The notes: generated by a model not told the origin, from the letters alone. 64,000 nt of DNA from Arenicellales bacterium (GCA_965206345.1 OZ242211.1:1018758-1082757); one strand, 5' to 3'. Shown: positions 37,301-46,747, numbered from the stretch's first letter. Made by a program: numbers and translations.

Positions 37301-38531
37301 AGATCATAAACAGCTGGCACAACTCGTATCACTTCGATTGCTAAAAACATTTCCTATACGTTGCCGGGAGTCGCAGTTTCGAGACTTGCGCAATTTGCTG
37401 ACTTCAGCACTGCTTCTGCACAATGAAAGGAACAGGTTAACAGAGTTGATCGAAAAGAAACTTTGTCGCAAGAGTATGAATGCCGGCCAGAGGGTTTTTT
37501 GGTTATTCGCTGGTATGCTAATTTCATCCAACAATTTTGTAGACAGACTGAATGCACACGTTGTCAGTTACAAAAATGGACCTGTTGATCTTGAGCGTTG
37601 CCTTGTCGAATTTTTCTATGGTTCGACTAAGTTGTTTGGATGTCTTAAACCTGAGGGGATCAAGCTGCTAGTTCGACACGTTGGTCCAATTTCTCCGACT
37701 GGCTTTGACGGTTTGGATACTCACACTCACCAAAATCGATCATCATCGCGAAGAATGAGTGCTGGAGATTGTGTGCGAGAATTAATTGAACAACTAGCCT
37801 CTAACTCGTCTGTGAACGCGACTACAGCACTTCAAGAACTAACTGAAGACGACAATCTGATTGGGTGGAGAGAAATGTTGTTGAATGCGGCGAATTTACA
37901 GCAAAGAAAGAGAAGGGAGGCAGAATATCGCCATCCGAGCCTCGAACAAGTTTGTGAAACGCTGCGAAATTGCAAACCAGCCAATCCTGCCGATCTAGCG
38001 GCTTTAGTCGAGGATAAGTTACGACAAATCGCAAACGAAATTCGTAATGGACCAGCTTCAGGCTGGCGACAGTATTGGAATGTCGATAGCCACAAACATC
38101 CAATCGATCCAAGACACGAGGATGTATGCCGGGATTCGCTTATGTTGGACTTACGCAACCACATTCGTTCTTTAGGAATTGATGTTCAGCCGGAGGGACA
38201 ATATGCCGACGGTAAACGATCAGATATTCGCGTTTGTTTCAACAACTTAAACGTACCTGTCGAACTTAAGAAAAGTGACCATAGAGACGTTTGGAGCGCA
38301 ATTCTTAATCAGTTGGCAAAGAAATACACCCGTGACCCTGGTGCAGATGGATACGGAATTTACGGTGTTTTCTGGTTCGGTTATTCGGAATATTCGAGAC
38401 CCAAACCAGGAGTCAGTGGATTACCCAAAAGTCCCGAGGATTTTGAGAGGAGTCTCAAGGAAAGTTTGCCCGTGGAATTGCAAAGAAAAATTTCAGTATG
38501 TGTAATCGATGTTTCTCAGCCCGAAGAATAG
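34311..38531 (+). CDS. Large (1,406 aa) NACHT-like STAND P-loop NTPase with ~1,000-aa uncharacterised helical region and C-terminal PD-(D/E)xK nuclease-like motif
   Basis: Walker A GPPGAGKT (34503-34526), Walker B LFIDALDE (34626-34649), then RFRLSCRE, YRLDPLTNEQV and NPHTLKML in NACHT-like order. C-terminus reads HEDVCRDSLMLDL...GKRSDIRVCFNNLNVPVELKK (D at 38223-25, E at 38262-64, K at 38268-70). The ATG shares one nt with the upstream TGA (TGATG). Confidence 0.75.
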   Translation: MTYFAPRTCHYFSKGGRLSESHQPFEESKEFTSTDASLQKNKEAPSNESLSLEQLREVEAFVLLGPPGAGKTEIFKKEGGNSNCHCTTVRKFVNLNQTGINSKTTLFIDALDEQRLEFQDGRTALDEVCRKLQMLGNPRFRLSCREADWYGTSDRTHLKSVSPDGQISVYRLDPLTNEQVLQLLASLKIEHPEAFVESVINNQLAELLHNPHTLKMLVEAFRELGEQKFPRTRTETFELACLNLLKDPDRKRQQAYQTLEINLKDLLDKAGKLCAIQLLSGKQGYTQVGGIAGPDFPDLNHILSGDGTEVHRIVRSNLFHTPSENRVVPIHRHVAEFLAGRYLCKLIDEGLLLSRVMSLIIGYDDSVVSDLRGLSAWLAAHCVSRRKQIMEWDPLGTLLYGDVKSFSIDEKIYLLKLLPQNLGEDLWHVRKHGIDVRFGDIATQDSVNEIRRIFWESVEANTKSSLCWIVSAMLRYSEPLQGLSEFLLAILKHDSISSSIKTNAIDAIEHQCGGITNIYAELKGLFDDVYDGNIRDPDCELTNGILIKLYPEYLKASELLKYFRMPDVASISIDYHYFWRKYVPENSTAEQLACLLDQLTQKKEKIRLPVRFANRWPFSWRNLARIWLRKYLDKFEGEVDRYRLFDWLGFASGVDDWEEYSVPNGEDSTFIRSWIEKHPDLHKWLLERGLSICIENQNCNGGHAFGQCVNSQWKRQFGAQKPENYGLWCIEKGIQLSSEDAKTWLVHEAANWIGDFDRSQGDTTNKVNRLFQQSPELKKEFDEAQGQLESERQQFLEQSRKQGDQQRQKEWQEFLKPYETALRENRVEIQLLSKLASVYLGGFLDVYGDKPENRVYNLVGDDHNLVNAVLQGLRNSINRIDVPSDDEVISLHCENKRHFLVFPILAGMIELTANVHEYAINLDEEKLRLLIALHYTEPYWRTPKDIDTLSEPKFRWFSGLLTNHPELVATVLFKFASAQFQKGKGGIEGLYELAYSEDHKQLAQLVSLRLLKTFPIRCRESQFRDLRNLLTSALLLHNERNRLTELIEKKLCRKSMNAGQRVFWLFAGMLISSNNFVDRLNAHVVSYKNGPVDLERCLVEFFYGSTKLFGCLKPEGIKLLVRHVGPISPTGFDGLDTHTHQNRSSSRRMSAGDCVRELIEQLASNSSVNATTALQELTEDDNLIGWREMLLNAANLQQRKRREAEYRHPSLEQVCETLRNCKPANPADLAALVEDKLRQIANEIRNGPASGWRQYWNVDSHKHPIDPRHEDVCRDSLMLDLRNHIRSLGIDVQPEGQYADGKRSDIRVCFNNLNVPVELKKSDHRDVWSAILNQLAKKYTRDPGADGYGIYGVFWFGYSEYSRPKPGVSGLPKSPEDFERSLKESLPVELQRKISVCVIDVSQPEE

Positions 38532-38879
38532 TGATTGCGCGTGAATAGGTTTCAAAAGTACATGCGTGGACAAATTTTTGAAAGCGATTGGATTCATTTC
38601 ATCATGCCATCTAGGACCTGAGCAAACTCAACGCGTCTGGAACTCGCCGCAATCGCCTGCGTGACCAATCTGTTCCCGCGTTTAATCCGTTAATGATGCG
38701 AAAATTGGGGCTAGCGTATAAATCAACTGTTCAAGCAATGCCATATACCAGCAGCAGAGAAATTCAAACCGAGAGTGTCGCGCCAACTCAAAACCCTCGA
38801 TTTGGGTTCTCCGTAAGTTATGTGTCTTGATTCGTATATGATAAGCGACCACTATTTTTAACCCGACAAATCAAAGCTG

Positions 38880-39626
38880 ATGAACGTACTGATTGTAGAA
38901 CGACAGGATTCGCTGAAGTTTCTGACACTTAATCGCCCTGAACGCGGCAACGCGCTGAATGCGGAGTTAGTTGACGCGCTTTCAGAAGAAATTGAAAAAT
39001 CAGGGAGCGATGGCACGCGTACACTCATACTGCGCGGCGCTGGAAAGAGTTTTTCTACTGGCTTTGATCTGAATGAAATTGAGAGTCTTTCTGATTCGGA
39101 AGTGGCTCATCGCGTGTTGAACATCGAACGTATGCTACAGGCTGTGTATCATGCACCGATGCTTACGATTGCACTGGTTCGTTCGATGGCATTTGGCGCA
39201 GGCGCGGACCTGGTCTGCTGCTGTCACCGTCGTATTGCAACCGAAGACAGTCGGTTCTGCATGCCAGGACTCAATTTTGGCATTCTATTGGGTACTCGAC
39301 GCCTAACTCAGCGGGTTGGCGTGGATAATGCTCTTGGCATACTCACTGATACACGCGTGTTCATGGCGCACGAAGCACTTGAGATGGGATATCTGACTGC
39401 CATATCAGCTGAAGACTCATGGCCCGACCATATTGAAGCTGCCAAACAAAGCGGTGCTGCCGTTGCCAAAGAACATGTAAGCCGCATGTTTGAAGTGGTG
39501 ATTCCCGATACCCGCCAAGAGGATATGGCGGACCTCCAGGCGTCGGTCAGTGAACCGGGACTGGTCGACCGAATTCTCGAATATAGAGATCGCATGCGCG
39601 CAAAGTCCGGTAAGAAATCGAGTTGA
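38880..39626 (+). CDS. Enoyl-CoA hydratase/isomerase (crotonase) family protein
   Basis: LTLNRPERGNAL...ILRGAGKSFSTGFDL...AFGAGADL pattern of the crotonase oxyanion-hole fold. Confidence 0.75.
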   Translation: MNVLIVERQDSLKFLTLNRPERGNALNAELVDALSEEIEKSGSDGTRTLILRGAGKSFSTGFDLNEIESLSDSEVAHRVLNIERMLQAVYHAPMLTIALVRSMAFGAGADLVCCCHRRIATEDSRFCMPGLNFGILLGTRRLTQRVGVDNALGILTDTRVFMAHEALEMGYLTAISAEDSWPDHIEAAKQSGAAVAKEHVSRMFEVVIPDTRQEDMADLQASVSEPGLVDRILEYRDRMRAKSGKKSS

Positions 39627-39631
39627 TCACA

Positions 39632-39964
39632 ATGAATTCTGTTTTGAAATTTTGGAAGTATGTTGGGCCGCTTCGCGGCATGCTCTATCTTTTGATTCTG
39701 ATTCTTAGTTTTACCGCGGTCTTTTCAATGGGCGGCACCCAGAAATCCGGATTCATGATGTATCCGACTCTGATTGCGCCCGCAACCGTTCCGATGATAT
39801 TCTTTGTGCTTCCGCTCGATATGACCATGTGCGCAATCATGATGTCCGGCCGCGAGGCGCCGGTGCGCAAACGCTATCAGCACATGATCCTGCTGGATGC
39901 ACTCGCTTTTCTGATATTGCTCGGCGCCTGGTTTCCGTTCTATTACCGATTAATTACCGGATGA
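39632..39964 (+). CDS. Hypothetical small membrane protein (3 predicted TM segments)
   Basis: Hydrophobic composition. It abuts the crotonase stop. I recognise no family. Confidence 0.4.
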   Translation: MNSVLKFWKYVGPLRGMLYLLILILSFTAVFSMGGTQKSGFMMYPTLIAPATVPMIFFVLPLDMTMCAIMMSGREAPVRKRYQHMILLDALAFLILLGAWFPFYYRLITG

Positions 39965-39970
39965 GGTCAA

Positions 39971-40477
39971 TCAGTTCGCAGGTGAACTGATCGGATTGGC
40001 GAGCCCCTCAACGATTTCAGAATTGGGAATGGATTCGAATAGTTTCGGTGTGGTAATAACCTTCCATGACCGACTGCCGCCACCCAGAATTATCTGCTGA
40101 CGCGCCATGACTGCGCTGTCAACCCAGAGTGGCAGCATGTCAGGAAGCCCGACCGGTGTAACACCGCCAACCGTCATTCCAGTTAGCTCCATCGTTTCCT
40201 CAGCACCTGCAAAAGAGACTCTTCGAGCACCCAGTTTTTTCCGAATTGTGCGATTCACATCCAACCGGCAGGTAGCAAGCACAACACAAGCGGCATATTT
40301 TGCTTCACCTGTCTTGGACTTAACCAAAATTGTATTGGCACAATCTTCAAGTGAATAATCGTAGTGCTTGACGAAAGTCTGGGTGTCAGCCAAATCGGGA
40401 TCACAGGGAATGATTTCGTAATGCAATCCCAAGACATCAAGTTCCCTGATTAACATGCTTTTTTCATGATCAGGCAT
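39971..40477 (-). CDS. YbaK/ProX-type aminoacyl-tRNA trans-editing deacylase domain protein
   Basis: TILVKSKTGE...VVLATCRLD...FAGAEE..ELTGMTVGGVTPVG pattern. It overlaps the lgt stop by 8 nt. Confidence 0.65.
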   Translation of the reverse strand: MPDHEKSMLIRELDVLGLHYEIIPCDPDLADTQTFVKHYDYSLEDCANTILVKSKTGEAKYAACVVLATCRLDVNRTIRKKLGARRVSFAGAEETMELTGMTVGGVTPVGLPDMLPLWVDSAVMARQQIILGGGSRSWKVITTPKLFESIPNSEIVEGLANPISSPAN

Positions 40478-41261
40478 TTTGTTCTTTACGTTTCGCGTGC
40501 ATTAAGAGTGCAATTCCAGCCACAAAGACCGGAACCGAGAGAAGGTGTCCCATCGTAACCCAGTTGAAGAATATAAATCCAAGATCGGCATCCGGTTCTC
40601 GAAAAAACTCAACAAATACCCGAAAAGCACCGTAGCCAATCAGAAAAACTCCCGACACGGCGCCAGTTGCTCTAGGTTTTGCAGAATAAATCCACAGAAT
40701 CAGAAATAACGCAATCCCTTCCAATGCCGCCTCATAAAGCTGGGATGGGTGTCTTGCCAGATGAGATGGGTCGGCTGGGAAAACAACACCCCAAGCGAAT
40801 TCGGTCGGGAGTCCCCAAAGTTCCTGATTGACAAAATTTGTAATTCGGCCAAAAAACAGACCCACTGCACAAAATGGAGCCAAAAAATCCGTCAGTTTTA
40901 ATAGAGGGATCGACAGTTTTCTTGCGAATGCCCAAACACCTCCAATGGCGCCGAGCAAGCCACCATGAAATGACATGCCGCCTTCCCAGACTTTCAAAAT
41001 TGCAATTGGATTGGAGATGTATTCCCAAAACTGATAGAAAAATACGAAACCCAGCCGTCCGCCAATGATTGCGCCGAGTGCACAGTACAGTACCAGGTCA
41101 AGAACAACCGGGCGCGGTATCGGTGAATGAGGCTGCCGTGCACGAATGCGCCCTAGAACAATCGCACTGACAATTCCGATCAAATATGCCAGCCCATACC
41201 AGTGAATGTCCAAAGGACCAAGATGCAGCGCGACGGGGTCAAAGTCTGGTAAAACAATCAT
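40470..41261 (-). CDS. lgt: Prolipoprotein diacylglyceryl transferase
   Basis: LGPLDIHWYGLAYLIG, GGRLG, WEGGMSFHGGLLG and PSQLYEA motifs. Confidence 0.92.
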   Translation of the reverse strand: MIVLPDFDPVALHLGPLDIHWYGLAYLIGIVSAIVLGRIRARQPHSPIPRPVVLDLVLYCALGAIIGGRLGFVFFYQFWEYISNPIAILKVWEGGMSFHGGLLGAIGGVWAFARKLSIPLLKLTDFLAPFCAVGLFFGRITNFVNQELWGLPTEFAWGVVFPADPSHLARHPSQLYEAALEGIALFLILWIYSAKPRATGAVSGVFLIGYGAFRVFVEFFREPDADLGFIFFNWVTMGHLLSVPVFVAGIALLMHAKRKEQNA

Positions 41262-41502
41262 CTATCAATTTAATCATTTAAAACTAAGAATTACCCGATG
41301 TTTTTGAATCTTGTATATCCAGGTTGATTGGGAGATTCATCTGGACAACCAAAGCACCGCACAATCAGTCGTTAACATAAAATTTAGACAGCGGGACGAT
41401 ATTGGCAATTTCGAGCAGCCAAACTGCCCAACTATTTTAAGCAAACTGAGACGCGACAACGGCACCGTAAACGCTGGCATCTCAAGTAACTGAGACTTCT
41501 CC

Positions 41503-43596
41503 ATGACCGAAAACTCCAATCTCCAACCCAATCGGCTGATCAACGAAACCAGCCCCTACCTGCTTCAGCACGCCCATAACCCCGTCGATTGGTATGCCTG
41601 GAATGAGGAAGCTCTTGAGCGGGCTCGACGTGAAGACCTGCCAATTTTGCTGTCAATTGGCTATTCTGCCTGTCACTGGTGTCACGTCATGGAACGCGAA
41701 TCATTTGAAAGCGAAGAAATTGCCAAAATCATGAACAGCAATTACGTTTGCATCAAAGTTGACCGAGAAGAACGCCCCGACCTTGACAAGGTGTACCAGA
41801 GTGCTCATCAGCTCTTCAACAAAAGGGGAGGTGGCTGGCCACTCACCGCGATACTGACACCGGATGAATTGATTCCCATCCATGTCGGCACCTACTATCC
41901 TCCCCAGCCGCGACACGGAATGCCGGGTTTCGGTGAACTGCTGAACAGAATTGCTGAAGTTTATAAGGAAAAGGATCGATTCCTCCCGGAACACACAGTA
42001 GCGGTAAAAGATGCCTTTGCCCGGCTTTCTGCAACCAGTGGAAACGCTGAGTCCGCACTCGACGGAGAGTTGATGAAACGGGCTGTAGAACACCTGATCA
42101 GTGACTATGATCCAGTCTTTGGCGGGTTTGGTGAAGCCCCTAAATTTCCGCACCCAACCCAAATCGAAATTCTGTTGAGCTATTGGCAACGAACAAATCA
42201 CTCCGACACGTACGCTGAAAATCGATCAATTGGCATGGCGGTCCACACATTGGAAGCAATGGCCGGCGGTGGTATGTACGATCAGCTGGGTGGAGGGTTT
42301 TATCGGTATTCAGTCGATGCCAGGTGGGAAATCCCTCACTTCGAAAAAATGCTCTACGACACAGCACAGCTGATGCCCATTTACGTTGATGCGGGATTTT
42401 TAGCCGGACGCAAAGACTTCCACGAAGTCGCCATTCAGTCGGGGGAATGGGTGATGCGAGAAATGCAATCCTCAGAAGGTGGTTACTTCAGTGCCATTGA
42501 TGCTGACTCCGAAGGTGAGGAAGGAAAATTCTACGTTTGGACTTTGGATGAGCTGAATTCCCTATTAAGCAGAGAGGAACTGGATGTTCTGACGGTTCGC
42601 TATGGTTTGCGGGGTGCACCCAATTTCGAAGGCAAATGGCATCTTCAAATTGTGAACTCAATTGCTGATGTTGCGCATCGTGTCAGCCGTGAAGAGGATG
42701 TGGTGATTCAACTGCTTGAGCAGGCAAAACAAAAATTGTTCGAGACTCGCAGTGAGCGAGTTCCACCCTTATGCGATGACAAGGTGCTCTCCTCCTGGAA
42801 CGGGCTGATGATTAAGGCGATGGCCAGAGCGGGTCGATATCTCAAACGGAGTGATTTTGTTGATTCGGCTGAGCGCGCATTGAACTTCATTCAGAACAAT
42901 ATGTGGCAGAATGATCGGCTGCTTGCAACGGCCCGGGATGGTCGGGCTCACCTCAATGCATACCTGGATGACTATGCATTTGTCGCTGATGGAGCAATCG
43001 AACTGCTACAGGCGCGCTGGAGTGATACCCATCTTGACTTTGTAGAGCAGCTGGTTAAATTACTTTTGACCCACTTTAAAGATCCAGACACTGGTGCGTT
43101 TTTCTTCACTTCAGATGATCATGAAAAACTGCTGTATCGCGCCCTGCCCACCCACGATGATGCCACCCCTTCGGGTAATGGCGTTGCCGCGCAAGTGCTG
43201 CTTAAACTAAGCTATCTGATAGGTGAGCAACACTACCGTGAATGCGCAATCCGAATCAGTCAGGCGTTGCAAAACTCCGCCCATCAGATTCCTGCTGCCT
43301 TCGGTTCCAGTCTTATTGCAATTGAAGAATCCATTGCACCTGGCCCAACATTGGTCATTCATGGCGATTCCGAGGAAGCGAAATCATGGGTTGAAGAAGG
43401 TATTGAGACAGGTTCGCAAAGGCTTAGCACTTATTCAGTGCCGCTTTCTGCAAAGCGAGTACCAGCAACGATTCCAGCGACCCAGTCCGATTCATCAGAT
43501 CTGGTCGCCTACTTGTGCGAGGGCTTTACCTGTTCGCCTCCTTGCCGTGAACGAAAAGAACTGCTCAATCTGCTTCCAACTCGCAAAACTCGCTAG
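41503..43596 (+). CDS. Thioredoxin-domain (DUF255) / six-hairpin glycosidase-like protein, YyaL/SSP411 family
   Basis: [53 protein letters not shown]-terminal signature, ~700 aa. Confidence 0.8.
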   Translation: MTENSNLQPNRLINETSPYLLQHAHNPVDWYAWNEEALERARREDLPILLSIGYSACHWCHVMERESFESEEIAKIMNSNYVCIKVDREERPDLDKVYQSAHQLFNKRGGGWPLTAILTPDELIPIHVGTYYPPQPRHGMPGFGELLNRIAEVYKEKDRFLPEHTVAVKDAFARLSATSGNAESALDGELMKRAVEHLISDYDPVFGGFGEAPKFPHPTQIEILLSYWQRTNHSDTYAENRSIGMAVHTLEAMAGGGMYDQLGGGFYRYSVDARWEIPHFEKMLYDTAQLMPIYVDAGFLAGRKDFHEVAIQSGEWVMREMQSSEGGYFSAIDADSEGEEGKFYVWTLDELNSLLSREELDVLTVRYGLRGAPNFEGKWHLQIVNSIADVAHRVSREEDVVIQLLEQAKQKLFETRSERVPPLCDDKVLSSWNGLMIKAMARAGRYLKRSDFVDSAERALNFIQNNMWQNDRLLATARDGRAHLNAYLDDYAFVADGAIELLQARWSDTHLDFVEQLVKLLLTHFKDPDTGAFFFTSDDHEKLLYRALPTHDDATPSGNGVAAQVLLKLSYLIGEQHYRECAIRISQALQNSAHQIPAAFGSSLIAIEESIAPGPTLVIHGDSEEAKSWVEEGIETGSQRLSTYSVPLSAKRVPATIPATQSDSSDLVAYLCEGFTCSPPCRERKELLNLLPTRKTR

Positions 43597-43863
43597 CGGC
43601 TTGCCAAAACTCGAAGCATTACGCTTAGATCATCAGGGGATTCGCCGATTCCCAACGCAACATTATTTCTTGACTTTGGTTGCGTTGGATTGTAAATGAT
43701 TGATTCTATTGCACCATGGTTTCCATAGAACACTGCATAAAGAAGATGAACCGTTATTCAAATTAAGCGACGGGCAGGTACGATAGCCTGGTTGCGGGAA
43801 AGTTTTGGTTCTTCGCATATGTTGGACCTTGCTGTCGGTGAAACGTTTGAACTTCAGTGCTCC

Positions 43864-44682
43864 TCACTGTTCGACATCACTGGCTTCCTCACGCATCATG
43901 TGCAGAATTTTGCGTTCAATTTCCAGATAGCCCGGTGTCTCAAGCAATTCTTCCTTGCTGGGAATCCGGCGTCCCGCTTTGAATTCCATCGTCAGTATCT
44001 CCCGAATTCTGCCAGGGTGTCTCGACAGGAATACAATTCTATCGGCGAGAAACAATGCTTCGGAAATATCGTGAGTGACCAAAACCACAGTCATCTGCGT
44101 TTCATCAATAATATCCAGTAGCAATTCCTGCATATGCCAGCGCGTTTCTGCATCAAGCGCGCCGAACGGTTCATCCATCAAAGAGATTTCAGGTGAGTTA
44201 GCCAACATTCGCGCGATAGCAACGCGCTGTTTCATACCTCCGGACAGATGCTTTGGATACGCTTTACGAAATCGTGCTAGCTTTACTTTATTGATAAAGA
44301 AGTCAACCCGCTCGCGGCGTTCCTTTTTGGGCACCTTGTTCAGACGCAATCCGTACTCAACGTTTTCTTCGACAGTCAGCCATGGAAACGAGGTGTAACT
44401 CTGGAACACCATTCCGCGTTCTCGACTGGGACCGACAATCTCCTTATCATTGAAACTGAGAAGACCAGTGGTGGGATCGACCAGCCCAGCCATCATATGC
44501 AGGACTGTTGTCTTTCCGCAACCCGAAGGACCGAGCAACACACAAACCTCGTTGTCGAAAACCTCTAACGAAACATCGCTCACAGCCAAAACAGTCTCAT
44601 TGCGCTTGAGCTGATATTCCTTTGAGACATGATCCAGCACCAGTTTACTGCGGCGTTGCGCCTCTGAGTGTCTAGTACTCAT
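43864..44682 (-). CDS. ABC transporter ATP-binding protein (NitT/TauT/SsuB type)
   Basis: Walker A GPSGCGKTT, signature LSGGMKQR, Walker B LMDEPFGALD. Confidence 0.85.
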   Translation of the reverse strand: MSTRHSEAQRRSKLVLDHVSKEYQLKRNETVLAVSDVSLEVFDNEVCVLLGPSGCGKTTVLHMMAGLVDPTTGLLSFNDKEIVGPSRERGMVFQSYTSFPWLTVEENVEYGLRLNKVPKKERRERVDFFINKVKLARFRKAYPKHLSGGMKQRVAIARMLANSPEISLMDEPFGALDAETRWHMQELLLDIIDETQMTVVLVTHDISEALFLADRIVFLSRHPGRIREILTMEFKAGRRIPSKEELLETPGYLEIERKILHMMREEASDVEQ

Positions 44683-44745
44683 GGTGCTGAAAAACTAGTC
44701 AGGTGCTGCGCAGAGCGTTCATTACTCCGCGCAGCAAGCAGTTCT

Positions 44746-45798
44746 CTAGCCTCGATATCCCGAATCGTAGAGTTCCTTAAGCAGGCCACAGTTGACACCT
44801 TTCTCAACAGGGCTGCGTGTTTCAAGGAAACCAAACTTAAGCCACCAGTCCGACATCAAATCGTAGTGTACATTCATCTGACCGTTTGATTGATTGAATG
44901 GTGGGTCACCAGGAGCTGAACCACAAAAGCGCGCAGCTTCCAGGAAATCGTAGATGTATAGTCCTCCGTCAAGCCCGGTTCCATCCTTTCCAATCACCAG
45001 TTCGACGTCCGCAATGCTCATCTTCATCCCTTCGGCGATGATTTCATTACCCTCTGTGGAATTTTCTTTCCACCAAGCAATGGCATCGTAGAGCGCACGC
45101 ATCGTGTCCAATGCAACATCGTGACGTTCGTTGATGAATTTTTCATTCATGTAGAGTCCGTCTGCAATCACTGCCTGGGAAGTCCAGTAGTCTTCTCGTG
45201 ATTGTGACAAGACTTTGGAGCCCTCTAGCGCTTTGAGTACGTTGCTACCATAGGGTTCCCAGAACTCAGATGCCGCGACATCGCCCCCGATCATGGCTGC
45301 GAATGCGTCATCTGCGATGATGTTGGAATACTCGACCGAGTCAAACGGAAACCCGTTTCGTTCCAGCCACATTGCAACGTAAATTTGAGCGAGGCCGCCT
45401 TCAACAACGGCAACCTTTTTGCCTTTGAGGTCGGCAGGCCCATCGATCCCCGGGGCGACTACGATCTTGTCTGTGCCATAGGACAGGTTGGCAAATGCAA
45501 CCAGTTTGAGTGGCATATCGCGCTCGGCCGCAATCGGAGAAAACTCGACAGTACTGGAAACCACATCCATTCTGTCAGCGGTAACAAGGTTGTAACTTTC
45601 ATAAGGGTCTTCGATCGTCTGGTATTGAATATCGAGATTGGGTGCAAGGTTTTTTTCCTTGGCAATAAACCAAAAACCGTAACCCGGCCAAGTGAAACCG
45701 GAAATTTTGACTTCTTCAGCCGCATTCGCTGGCAAAACAAAAGTCAGCAGGCTCGCTAATGCAAGGGCAAAACCTAGGATAATTTTCCTGATATGCAT
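44746..45798 (-). CDS. ABC transporter periplasmic substrate-binding protein (NMT1/NitT/TauT-like)
   Basis: Signal peptide MHIRKIILGFALALASLLTFVLPANA. The ATG at 45798 is preceded by GGAGG. It lies between the permease and ATPase genes. Confidence 0.7.
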   Translation of the reverse strand: MHIRKIILGFALALASLLTFVLPANAAEEVKISGFTWPGYGFWFIAKEKNLAPNLDIQYQTIEDPYESYNLVTADRMDVVSSTVEFSPIAAERDMPLKLVAFANLSYGTDKIVVAPGIDGPADLKGKKVAVVEGGLAQIYVAMWLERNGFPFDSVEYSNIIADDAFAAMIGGDVAASEFWEPYGSNVLKALEGSKVLSQSREDYWTSQAVIADGLYMNEKFINERHDVALDTMRALYDAIAWWKENSTEGNEIIAEGMKMSIADVELVIGKDGTGLDGGLYIYDFLEAARFCGSAPGDPPFNQSNGQMNVHYDLMSDWWLKFGFLETRSPVEKGVNCGLLKELYDSGYRG

Positions 45799-45904
45799 AT
45801 TGAATTTCCTCCAGTGTGTTGGATGACAAAAAAGGTTAAATCGTTCGTTTCGGGTGTCAATTCTGGTAAAACGTGAACCGGTCTTCGTCGCTTGTAACGA
45901 AGGT

Positions 45905-46747
45905 CTATTCACTGTCAAGATACGGGAACAGCATGCGCCGCAAGCGGCGAAGCAATATGTCAAACACCAGTCCGAGCAGCCCGATTGTAATAATGCCAGC
46001 CATAATCTCGTCGATGTGCACAAACCGCTTGGCACGCATCATCATTGCACCAATGCCGGAACTTGCCGCAACGATCTCGGCGATAACTAGGTAAGTCCAG
46101 CTAACCGCGAGCATTTGCCGCATGGCGGTCAGTATGTCGGGCAACATTGCCGGCACAACCACTGTCCACAACACCTGCCTTCGATTGCCTCCTAAAGTTA
46201 ACGCTGAATTGACAAAATCAGCGGGCAGGGACTTTGCGTAGTCCATGATGAGTGTAATCAGAAACCAAACCACACCCAAAAACAACAAAGCCAGTTTCTG
46301 TCCTTCGCCGGCACCGAGCCACATCAGCAACAAAGGAATAAACGAAGGGGCCGGTAAATAGCGAAACGCTGATACTAGTGGATTAAAGAATGCCTCGACA
46401 CGGCGAAATGTCCCCATCAGTATGCCCAGTGGGATCGCAAGCATGCAAGCAAGTGTGAAGCTGACAACAATTCGGAAAAGACTCATGCCAACGTCGTACA
46501 GGTAGTTTTTGACGGTAAACAACTCAACGAAACTGGCAAGAACCGTGAATGGACCCGGTAAAAGTACGGCATTGGTCAGTTTCAGCAAAACAGCCAGTTC
46601 CCAAATTCCAAAAAAGATAAACCAAGCGGCAAAACCCAGCCGCAGTACGCTGCCGAACGGTATAGATTGATTGAACTCGAAAAGTCGAGACTTGCGCCGC
46701 ACAGCACGTGCTGTGCGCTGCGTACTGCTTAAACTGTACTCACTCAT
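45905..46747 (-). CDS. ABC transporter permease (TauC/SsuC type)
   Basis: Six hydrophobic segments and an EAA-like loop (...AKSLPADFVNSALTLGGNRRQVLWTVVVPAMLP). Confidence 0.8.
   Translation of the reverse strand: MSEYSLSSTQRTARAVRRKSRLFEFNQSIPFGSVLRLGFAAWFIFFGIWELAVLLKLTNAVLLPGPFTVLASFVELFTVKNYLYDVGMSLFRIVVSFTLACMLAIPLGILMGTFRRVEAFFNPLVSAFRYLPAPSFIPLLLMWLGAGEGQKLALLFLGVVWFLITLIMDYAKSLPADFVNSALTLGGNRRQVLWTVVVPAMLPDILTAMRQMLAVSWTYLVIAEIVAASSGIGAMMMRAKRFVHIDEIMAGIITIGLLGLVFDILLRRLRRMLFPYLDSE

Noticed and set aside
45799-46035. 79-codon Cys-rich N-terminal extension of the ABC substrate-binding protein, overlapping the permease gene end.
   Set aside because: The internal ATG at 45798 has a GGAGG RBS and is followed by a textbook signal peptide.
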